Assembly: GCA_000002445.1 (NCBI GenBank)
Contig: CH464491.1
Span: 4,416,001-4,480,000, forward strand
DNA length: 64,000 nt
Direction of reading: 5' to 3'
Source of the DNA: Trypanosoma brucei
Lineage: Eukaryota
A program made the position numbers and the translations under genes. Below the pieces are notes generated by a model that was not told the origin of the DNA, ran no database searches, and was given only the letters and a program-made list of their open reading frames with translations. This document shows positions 1 to 9,909 of this stretch, in pieces. Each line of letters opens with the position of its first letter. Position 1 is the stretch's first letter.

Positions 1-408
1 GTCGCTGCGCGTCGTATATTGATAGTCCAGTGCCGTTGTTGGTTTCACTTTAGTCTTGCCCTTACCTGATGTATTTCCCCCCGCGCCAATTGCGGAACAC
101 ACTCGCTGAATAACGCTAGTTTTTCCCGCCCCGGAGCAACCAACAACGAATAGGTTCGCCTCGCTCTGCGGAAGGTTATTCTCTTTTGTATTTAGTGCAA
201 TATTCTGCCACAAATCCTTTGTTGGATCCACGACGATTTGTGGTGCAGCGGGGGCTGGAGGGGCGGCTGAATCGGCGGGAGCCACATCTGCTGCTGGTGG
301 AGGTTTGCCATCTGCTGCTCCCGCGTCCGGAGGCATCCCGTTGGGTGCTGGTGGAGGTGGCACTTCAGTTCGCGCAGCTCCTCCAGCGGCACCGCCTTGC
401 ATACTCAT
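1..408 (-). CDS. Dynein light intermediate chain (DLIC/D2LIC family). N-terminal 136 codons only; the gene continues past the window start.
   Basis: The minus-strand frame is open from the ATG at 408 (revcomp of cat 406-408) to position 1 with no stop, so it is absent from the ORF track. Translation is MSMQGGAAGG...PPAPAAPQIVVDPTKDLWQNIALNTKENNLPQSEANLFVVGCSGAGKTSVIQRVCSAIGAGGNTSGKGKTKVKPTTALDYQYTTRSD. The P-loop GCSGAGKTS and the ...KPTTALDYQYTTR segment parallel the D2LIC N-terminus (LWEIAKAE...FFIGSKNGGKTTIILR...KPTLALEYTYGRR). Confidence 0.6.
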   Translation of the reverse strand, partial: MSMQGGAAGGAARTEVPPPPAPNGMPPDAGAADGKPPPAADVAPADSAAPPAPAAPQIVVDPTKDLWQNIALNTKENNLPQSEANLFVVGCSGAGKTSVIQRVCSAIGAGGNTSGKGKTKVKPTTALDYQYTTRSD

Positions 409-3400
409 TCAACTCGTGCCCTACACAATTCCGCGTACTTCGCTGACAAGTTATTAGGAGTAAATTAACTACACCTTCGCTCTTTGGCTCAGTGATGCCA
501 ATATTTCGCCCACTTCCCTCGCCCAGTATTCTCCACGCTCTATCCCTTTTTTTCTTCCTTATTTCTTCTTTTTTTTTTTAAATGGCGATGAGGCGGTGTT
601 GTTTTCGAATTCCTCCTTTTCCTTTTTCTTTCTAATTATTTACTTCGCCTCTCCACTGCCTTCTGACTCCTTTTGTATTCCTCTTCTCCGCGATATTTCC
701 CTGAAGGCAACCGTCTCGTCCTTTTCGCTTTAAAGAAGCGCTTTTCCCTTTTCTTTTTTTTATTTTCTATTTCCTCTTGCCCTTTGTTTCCGCCTTCCGT
801 CAAGTGGGAAGAGGACAATACTTTTCCAGAGGAAAACAACTTCCACAAGTATTGTATAATCAGCTAAATATATCTATCTTTATTGAGCAGGCGTGTCCGC
901 AGCGGGTAGAGCAGACGCTACAAGGGCGTTCTGTCACAATATCGCAATCACTATATATATATATATAAATATATAAATATATAAATATATATACCCTTAA
1001 ACTTTGCTGCTGTAAACGTAGCAGTCAGTGTTGCTGTTTCTATTATTAATATTGCTCTTGCCTCGACCGGCTCTCAGTAAGTTATAACAAATGATAGTTT
1101 TTTTTTTTCTTTTGCGGTAGCCGTAGTTTGTTGTTTGGCTCCTCCCTCCCATACACAGTGGGTAATTGAGGTAAATAAACAAAAAAGTTCCAAAAAGGAG
1201 AAGAGAAAAAAAAAGAAAAAAAGAAAGAATAATTAGTCGAAACCACCTCAAGTACTGCAACAATAAGCTGGCACAAAGGAAAAAAGAACACACATACATG
1301 ACAACACATGATGAAAGAAAAAAAAACAGCAGAATAAAGAATGGTAAGCAACATCTAGCTTCACACTGTCGCACACAGGCACGGGCCAGTTCGGGAATAA
1401 CATTAAAGAGAAATACACACATATACATATATACACATGCATATATATTTATTTATGTATGTATTTATTTATACTTATTTATATATTGTGACATATAAAA
1501 GAACAAGGAAAATATAAACGCTTAAAACAGCCCACAGGAGTGTCCTTCACCCGCTCCCCCTTCCATCACATTTCAACCATTCAAAACCCTGGAAGTCTCA
1601 ACTTTCCCTCTACTTCCCTCTTCAACGCAACCATAACATTAATAAATAAATAAATAAATAAAAACAACCGAAGCACTTAAAATCAAATGTCCTCCACTTC
1701 ACATAAAACCTTCTCCTTCCCGTTTTGTTTCTCACAGCTGATTGGCATGCAGTTGAAAGGCGGGATTTTTTTTTTGAGGGAGGGGGGGATGTTAATCTTT
1801 CAATAAATTTGAAGAAAGAAAAAAAGGAAAAGGAAATGAAAGCCGCGTGCATCGCCTCAACATATAAATTGAATTAAAGTGGAAGGGCGCGAAAAAAAAA
1901 AAAGAGAAGAGAAGAGAAACCATCCCATCAGTTCGTTTTGTCCGTTATTTACCCCCGTTTTGAAACAAAAATAGAAATTTTTAAAATATTTAAATACCTA
2001 CTCCGTTTCTTTTCCGTATGTTTGTATATCCTTAATTTGAGTTTTTTTTTGCCCCTTTCCCCCCCTTTTTTTCTCACAGCTGCATTAAAGTTCACATCCC
2101 TTCCTTCTCTCTTTGGTTCTTCAGTCTCTTTTTTTTTTTAATTTTTTTGTAATTTTTCACATCATATCTGTAATCACTAACGCATGGCATAAAAGTGGGA
2201 ACAAGGTGTAGCGGAAAATGTTTAAACACAAAACAGATTAAATAAAAGATGGTAAATGTCAGAGAACTTTGGAGCGCAGGAGCATTTTTCCTTTTTTTTT
2301 TGAAATAATGAAAGTAACAATTTAAGTGTGAGAAAGAAAAAACAAACAACCAAGAAACCAAACAAAATGAATATATAAACATATATAAATATATATATAT
2401 ATATATTCTTAAATATTTATATAAGTCATGCCTGGTGGGAACAAGCGAATTTTTATGAAACAATGGGGGAAAGACATGAGGCCCCAACAACAAATAAATA
2501 TATAAATATAAGGAGTACAAAAATACAAATCGAAAAGAGATTAAACACGCGCAAAAAAAAAAAAAGAGGAGAAAACAAACATGTTTTTTTTTCTTTTCGG
2601 CTCCGAATGTGCAAATAAGCCATTACCTGAAAATGAATGAACGAATGAGCACAGGAGGTGAACAAACACCCGTCAAGGTGAAAGTAAAATGAATTACTGA
2701 GAATCAGTGGAAAATATGTAAAATAATAATAATAATAATGGCAACAATGAAAATAACAACAATTAATAATAATTAATAAAGAAAACATGCATGAGTACAT
2801 GGAAACAACACGCCACAACCAAAAAATTTGTTTGAAAAGTAAAAATTCTTGGAATCTTCATCCCTCTTTCGCATGTCCTTCCATCCACTCTCTCATTTGT
2901 CTCGTGTTGTTTTTATTTCTTGTTTTCTTTAATTTCTTTTTCTTTTGGCATTCGATGCGCGAGAACACTTATATAATTAATAATTATTATTATTTTCACA
3001 TTTTCTCTCCCCCGCCCTTTTCCCCCATCTTATTTCATGTACATTTCCGCCCTCCGCAACATCAGGCAACTGGCGCCGCTGCTGTGCCCTCATATTTCTT
3101 TTGTTTTTTGCTCTTTTGTTATTTTTTTGTTATTTTGTAGGTCGTGTCGCATCATAACTTTTTTGACTGATCTCACCTTCTTTCCCCCTCCCCCCACTTT
3201 TCTTTGCTAAAGTTAATTTACTAATTGTCATTATTATTATTATTACCTTTCTCTTTCTTTTAAAAAAAAAAAAAACATGCCTCCCACCAACACACATACA
3301 CACACATTTTGTTTTGTTTTGTTTTGCTGCATTAAATATTTCGTACGGCCATCGCTCGCTCTTCACTCATTTCATCCCTCAGTCAGTAAATTCGTTTTTT

Positions 3401-3744
3401 TATATTATTCTTAGCTTTTTTTATTATTACCTTATTTTTTTATTTTTCTCATTTTTTCATACTTACTTACATTTTTTGGTAATTTCTTTTTTCCTTCTTT
3501 TTTTCTCTTTTCCTTCGTTTTTTTTTGTTTTTTTTTTGATTCTTTAGATCTCCCTCCCCTCCCCTCCCTTTCCCATTGGAAATTACGGGACATCCAACAG
3601 GTTCAATAAAAAGGGGGAAAAGAAAGGAAGGCAGAAGGAACCTACGGAAAATACGCACAAAACTAAACTACAAAAAAAAGTAATAATAATAATAATAATA
3701 ACCCAGCACATGCCTAAACATGGACTTCCATTATCTCAAATGCA

Positions 3745-3810
3745 TAGGTGCATATGTATATATATTATATATATATATATTATATATATATATATATGTG
3801 TATTTATATA
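3745..3810. repeat. (TA)n-rich microsatellite in the spacer.
   Basis: atatatattatatatatatatattatatatatatatatat. Confidence 0.8.
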
Positions 3811-4742
3811 TGTATGTAAACATGTGCGTACGATTAGGTAATATGGGCGCTACGTATTCTTAATGCATTTGCACATCCAGTTTCCCTTAATCGCTCAAAC
3901 ATCTTCCAAATAGTCAGAGACCATAAATTACACCACTACAAATGTTTTTTCCCCCTTCCACGTGCGCCACTCTGGTAAATGGGAAACACGAAGAAAAGAA
4001 AAAAAGAGGAAAAAAAAAAGAAAAGAAAAAGAAAAGAAAAAAGAAAAGCACCGCCGATGTAAAATAATAATACTTTTCCCTCCGTTTTGTTGTTTTTTGT
4101 TGTTGTTCAAACCAACATATTATATGAAAAGCCTCATCGCTTGAAACTCGGCAGCACACCAACAACTCCTAACCGATTAATCAAAAATAAAAATAAAAAT
4201 AAAGAGGAAACAGGAGGCCCAGAACCGAGCAGACGGATTACAGATGAATACACCAAAGGGATTGTGTGGTAAGTTTTTTTTTCTCTCTTCTTTTAAAAGA
4301 AATAAAAATATAAAAATAAAAATCAAGAGCACTTAAACAAAAAGAAAAAAAGAAAACAAAGAACTCATGTATCTTTTCATATATTTGTTAATATAAGTCG
4401 TTTCGCACCACACAACGCTTCACTATAATCAAAATAAGCTGAAATAACCACCTCGAAGAGGAGGTGAGGTGAAGAAGAAAATAAAAAAAAACACCACGAA
4501 ACAAAGAACGGAAGAGAAGAAAAATCACGCGCGCATAGAACAAAGACAAAGAGACAAAGATAAAATAAAATAAATGTAAAGAAACAAATAAAAAAGCAAT
4601 AAAGGCTAGCAGTAATGGCAAGGAGGCCAAAAAAAAAAAACACGGAAAATAAAAAGAAAACAGACCTAACCCCATTCCTCGCCTCATTTCCAAAGACAAT
4701 CATAAAATATCATCCGAAAAACAATCTCCAACACACCCCTCA

Positions 4743-5849
4743 TCATCCGCCAGGCCCTGCAGTTAAAAGTCCTGTTTCGCTCAAACCAAGTGGTGTACAA
4801 TACCCAAATCCATCACTGCTAACCGTTACAATATCATCACCCATGCAAACGCTGTCGTCATCATCCACATCTTCAACACAACTACTCGCATAAGATGTTA
4901 AACCAACGCTAAGACCTTCACCCGATTCATCCCTACATTTAATAAAGGCACCAACACCAATCAGACCCGAAACCGAAGAACTTAACGAAACATTGGATTG
5001 CAGTTTTCTTCTACTTTCCAATCCCTCAACCGCAACAGCAGGAGGTACTGCCCCTGAATCAGAAGTAAATGGTTGCTCCTCCCCCTGCTCCATATGGTGA
5101 GTTTGTGTTTCGCAAGGCAGTTCATCATCACCTGTCCAAAAGAGCGTCTTACGCTCACGTAACTTTTGAAGAAGTCGCTCTTTCCGATACTGCAAAGCAC
5201 GCACCCGCTCAGCACCACCACCACTACCACAATAAAGCGTAAAGTTACCACTACTGGTGACATCATGACTCGCTCCACCAGCACCAGCACCCGCACCAGT
5301 GGAGCTGCTAAGAGATGTTAAATCAAATAGCCGAGCGCAAGCAATATTACGCCGTACCTGCTCGAAACTCAACTGGCCCAACTCCTCCGCGAGGTTTGTG
5401 GCAAACTCACGCCATTGCCGCCTCACTTCCGTCACCATTCCGCCACAACGCGCGAGGTGTAACCGCCGAGCCTCCCCGAGCAGAAGCCGCAGGGAAATGC
5501 AGTCATAACCGTCAGATGCGAACCGCTCGCGCAATCCACAACGCGGCGGAAGCGCATTCCCCGCTTCAAACTGCTGCGACTGCTTCTGATGTTGATGTTG
5601 ATGTTGGAAACGAAGGCCTTCGAGCATGCGAATGTCAACACGTGGATCAGACGATTGAAGAGGTCCCGTGCTGAAAGTGTACCGTGAACATTCCTCCATC
5701 TCCTGCTCGTAATCAATTTCCAGGTATTCCGGCGCGTGTTGTTGTGATTCTGATGGTGATGATTGTTGTGACTCCTCCGACCCGAGGGGTTCCACCGAAC
5801 TCACCGCAGACCCACGACCAAACAACCGCATTAACCCGAAAAATGTCAT
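4743..5849 (-). CDS. Hypothetical Ser/Gly/Gln-rich protein. The ORF extends to 6146, but the upstream part is a translated AT-rich spacer; the likely start is the ATG at 5849 (MTFFGLMRLFG...).
   Basis: Long minus ORF 4743..6146. Composition changes sharply at about 5850. An HQHQHQ stretch is encoded by the (GTTGAT)n run at 5585-5610. No recognisable domain. Confidence 0.45.
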   Translation of the reverse strand: MTFFGLMRLFGRGSAVSSVEPLGSEESQQSSPSESQQHAPEYLEIDYEQEMEECSRYTFSTGPLQSSDPRVDIRMLEGLRFQHQHQHQKQSQQFEAGNALPPRCGLRERFASDGYDCISLRLLLGEARRLHLARCGGMVTEVRRQWREFATNLAEELGQLSFEQVRRNIACARLFDLTSLSSSTGAGAGAGGASHDVTSSGNFTLYCGSGGGAERVRALQYRKERLLQKLRERKTLFWTGDDELPCETQTHHMEQGEEQPFTSDSGAVPPAVAVEGLESRRKLQSNVSLSSSVSGLIGVGAFIKCRDESGEGLSVGLTSYASSCVEDVDDDDSVCMGDDIVTVSSDGFGYCTPLGLSETGLLTAGPGG

Positions 5850-8635
5850 GCGAAAAGTGGACACAGAATGTAAATATATAAATAAATAGAACAGGTAAAC
5901 ACCAAATATATAAATAAATAAATATATATATAAACGCTCAAAAAAGGAAACAAAAAAAACAACAGTCAAGCAATAAAAATAATTTTTATAATCGCGATAA
6001 TAACTGATGTTATTTCCGGGACGGGGACGACCAGCTTCTGCAGTCTTTTTGCTATTGTCTTCCTCCTCCTCACTATTATTTGCTGCTGCGGTACTGCCAA
6101 AATCCGTTTCTTTGCTTGTTTGTTTCACTTCACACCAACGCGGCAAGTCCCACCCTCGTTTCTAACGTTCTCCTATTCTTCTTTGTTTATTTATTTGTTT
6201 CTGTTGTTGTTGTTGTTGTTTTCTCGGAATTATCTTCTTTTTTTTCTTTTTTGAAGGGAAGAGCGTTATTTTGCCCCTTCGCCTCCTTCACGTTGATGTT
6301 GTTAAGAAGTCAGAGAAATACGAGAAAACAAATAAAGCAATAAAGAAGAAACAGCCCTCTAATAAGTAAATATATAAATATTTATTAATTTATATAAGCG
6401 CTCGACCGAAACAAACACCTTCCGCACTCACTAGACTTCGAGAGAAAACAAATATGAATGAAAATGAAAAGTAAAAGTAAAAAGTAAAAACAAAGATAAA
6501 AAAGCCGCGAAAAGAAACAAAATATAAAAATTTATACTTCCCCCCTCAAAAAAAAAAAAAAACAACAAAAACAAAAACAAAAACAAAAGCTTTCTAAAAA
6601 CAAGATGATGGAAACAAGAAGGGATCCGATCCGACCTCAGCGGCAGTCGCCCCTCACGTTAAACGCACGATTTCACTTCAGGCAGCAGCTGCCTTTTAAA
6701 CGGAATGATAAGTTTAATAAATGGTAAAAACAAAAAAAAAGAAAAGAAAAAATCAATCAATTAATTAATTAAAAAATAAAAAGCGCAAACAACAAACAAA
6801 CAAATGTTTTTTTTTTTTTTGAAAAGGTCTCAACTCCTTATATATATATATATATACACGTACCTCTCACGATCCTTTTCCTTATTTCTTTTTATTTCTT
6901 TTTATTTTTACTTCCCTTAATCCTGCTGCTTGTCTCACTCTTCCTCAAGGACAAAATCGAACCAATGATATTGCCAATAATGAAACAAATAATAAATATA
7001 TTCAATGAGTAAACAGTAATGGTTGTGTTAAATAATAACAATATGTCGCTTGGTGTTGTTATTTATTATTATTTCCTTCGACACAAAACAAAAAAAAGCA
7101 CAAAAGGGAAGGAAAAAACCTTGTGAAGCTAAAATAATAAAAAAAAAAATCACTCCGTACGCCACAGAAAAGGGGTGATGTAACAGAAAGATGTTAAAGT
7201 GTATAAATAAAATTGATGATTTGACTCAAATAAATGGGGTAAACAAACAAACAAAAAGAGAGAAAGCACACCTTCGAAGCCGCACCGGTGGTTAAGTAAC
7301 TGCACGAAACAATATATTTTACTAAACACAAATATATTTATCTATATTTATATATAAATAAATATAAATATATATTTCTCAAAAGAAAGAAAAAAGAAAA
7401 CTATTTTTCCCTTAAGGGTTGAAACGGAATGAAAGAACAGGAAAAAAGAAAATAATACAAGAAGACTAAAACAAAGGACTAACACTACAGAAGAACAAAA
7501 AACAAAACAATTAACAAGAAATATCTTTTTTTTTTTTTAATTGTTCTCTTTTGTTTTAACTCGTGTGTATGTGCTACCTTATCCTTTGCTAACGTGTGCA
7601 AATGGCTAAATTAATAGTAGGTTATTATATAAACAGAAAAAAAAAAGCGAAGTAAGATGACAAAGTAATGGTAAGGGAAGCAGAAGCAAAGCACATCACA
7701 AAACGACGCGAATACACACACTAATATTTGTATATTTATAGATGATGAAACTAACCAACAGCGGCAACGAGATGACAACCAGAGCGAAGAGGGGTTGATT
7801 TTTTTTTAAAAAAAAGGAAGAAGGAAGAAGCGGAAGCGGAAGCCCAAAACCGGCAGCTATCGTTTCAATTAACTTTTCAGCAGGACCCTTCCTTTTATTT
7901 CTCCCTGCCTTCACTTTCTGCGTCACTTTGACCCTCCCCTCCCCTCCTCTCCTCTCCCAGATGTTGATGAATGCGATGAGAAAAATATGCGTTGGCGTGG
8001 TGTCCAATATTCCGCGTGTGCATAGAAAAATAAACATATGCATGCCTTAATGTTTCAAATATTCCCCCCCCCCCCGGTTACATATCTTCCTGCTTCCCAA
8101 AGGAGGTTATAACAACACTCAAAAGTACGCCAAAATGAGCGTTGCAACACACAACACCGCCGCTCCACACAGCAGCGATCAAGGCCAAAACCAACGCAAA
8201 GAAATATGAAGTCGCAAAGGCAACAACCAACAGAAATAGTAAAAAAAAAAAAGAGAAAACATCAACATCAACATCAACATCCAATGTTGGAGGCAACAAC
8301 AATAACAACACAGACAAGCACTCCATCTATTCATTGTATCGGGAGGACGAGGGGGAGAGAGGCACAAACTAACGTGAAAAACAGTAGAAAGGGGAAATAG
8401 GAAAAGAAAGGGGAAAATCAAGAGAAACCGCCTCAGAAGAAAAAACAAAAAATACAAAAAAGAACTGAAAGAAGACCCAAGTGTGCAGAGAAGGTAGCAA
8501 TGAAAAAAAAAGAGTGAGCAGGAAGTCTCACATGCCCACCGTCTCATTCCCATCCTTCTTGTTTTGGTCCTCCCTCTTCCATTCTTTGATGTATGTATCC
8601 ATATAATTCCCTTTGGCCTTAGAGGCGCTTAGCAC

Positions 8636-9295
8636 TCAACGCTTCAGCCGCGGATAGTCTTTTGCTTCCCGTTCCTTCTGCAGTAAATCGTTCTCCTCAG
8701 CCGCAAGCCGCGAAGCGATGATTTGCTCCACCAGTGCATCAAACGCCTCTTTGAAATTATCACTTTGGTAGTCGAGCGACGTTTCGAGAGCGCGGATCCC
8801 TTGCAGTTGCTTTGGCATTGGAGGTATGGCGTTGTCACCGACAGCAAACTCTGGTAAGCTGGAGTGGTGCGAGAATATCAGGGAGTGGCCATCGGTGACA
8901 CGCATTTTGAAGTTGTTGTCGTCGTCGAGTTCATCCTGATTGAGGGCGAAATTTTTGTACCACAGCAACAGCTCCTTCTCTGACCCTTTTACCTCAGGGT
9001 TGAAGACATAAATGATTCCATCTGCATTGGAAGCAATGGCCGGCCATCCCGCCTGGTGCTTGCTGCTACCACCGACATCCCACAACTGAACAACGGCTTT
9101 CTTCAGGCCCGCCGCCTGCCTCCCCGATCGCCGGGTATCGTCAAGCGCAATCTCCACCTCGAGTACACGCAGTGGGTTGGTTTCATGATACTCCTTTGTA
9201 GGAGTGTCACGTGTGCCAGCAAGGAAGTTGGTGACAGTGGACTTCCCACTCTTGCTAGGCCCGAGCACAAGTATCTTTACCAAGTCGTCCGACAT
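8636..9295 (-). CDS. IFT22: Intraflagellar transport protein 22 (IFT22/RABL5), an atypical Rab-like small GTPase.
   Basis: ORF 8636..9391. The likely start is the ATG at 9295 (MSDDLVKILVLGPSKSGKST). The P-loop GPSKSGKS and ...QLWDVGGSSKHQAGWPAIASNADGIIYVFNPE...LLWY...IFSHH closely follow human RABL5 (ELWDCGGDAKFESCWPALMKDAHGVVIVFN...EMWY...LIAHH). Confidence 0.7.
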   Translation of the reverse strand: MSDDLVKILVLGPSKSGKSTVTNFLAGTRDTPTKEYHETNPLRVLEVEIALDDTRRSGRQAAGLKKAVVQLWDVGGSSKHQAGWPAIASNADGIIYVFNPEVKGSEKELLLWYKNFALNQDELDDDNNFKMRVTDGHSLIFSHHSSLPEFAVGDNAIPPMPKQLQGIRALETSLDYQSDNFKEAFDALVEQIIASRLAAEENDLLQKEREAKDYPRLKR

Positions 9296-9909
9296 TAGGA
9301 AATATAAATAACTCTCGAGTGTATTGTAAAATGAAGTTTTGCTCGGGTGGAGGAGAGGGGGAGGAGGAATCACCTGGGATATTCTAACCAAGCTTCGCCT
9401 CGGCCCACGTTTAATTTGTTTTGGTCTCTATTGAATTCTTTTATTTGTAGGTACGTATGTGGGGGAGGTGTGGCGTTACCCTTCCCTCTTTCGCTTTCCC
9501 TTTTTACTCTGATTTTGTGCATTTTGGAAGGATGACGTTAAAGAGGTGAGTGGGAAAGAGGGGAAGAAGAGGTGGCATGATAAAGCGAGGGGGGTTCACC
9601 GGGGGTTGTCGAGGATGAGACTCCGCTAAAAGTCGCACGGAGGTCTGAAAACAAAGAAAAATCAAACATCCGTGGTGCCGCATCACATAGCGCTCAAAAT
9701 ATACACCAACAAAACTGTGCGAAGCTCAAAGAACCCCACCACTATACATTCATTTGACTTGAAGCAATACGGGAAAACGAGGTGAACAAACTAAACCCAA
9801 AAATAGAGAGGGAAGAAAACAAAACAACGCAACCTGTAAACACCCCGCACATAGCTCACCAACTGGAGAATCAACTTGATAGACCCTAGGCCCGTACTGA
9901 ACTAATACA

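Noticed and set aside
186-446. Plus-strand ORF 186..446 and minus ORF 192..392 from the track.
   Set aside because: Both overlap, in the wrong frames, the much better-supported minus-strand DLIC-like frame (1..408). That frame contains a P-loop and conserved DLIC motifs.
997-4703. Multiple 60-143-aa ORFs on both strands in the left spacer (e.g. 997..1428, 2092..2520, 2453..2818, 4377..4703).
   Set aside because: They are translations of poly-T/A and simple-repeat DNA (F/L/K-rich, low complexity). They have no coding-like composition and no motifs.
6600-6710. GC-rich island in an AT-rich spacer with a UGAUGA-like motif (agatgatgg) that could suggest a C/D snoRNA.
   Set aside because: No matching D box (CUGA) at the right spacing on either strand, and no terminal stem. 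It cannot be supported by eye, so it is mentioned only as part of the long-spacer finding.
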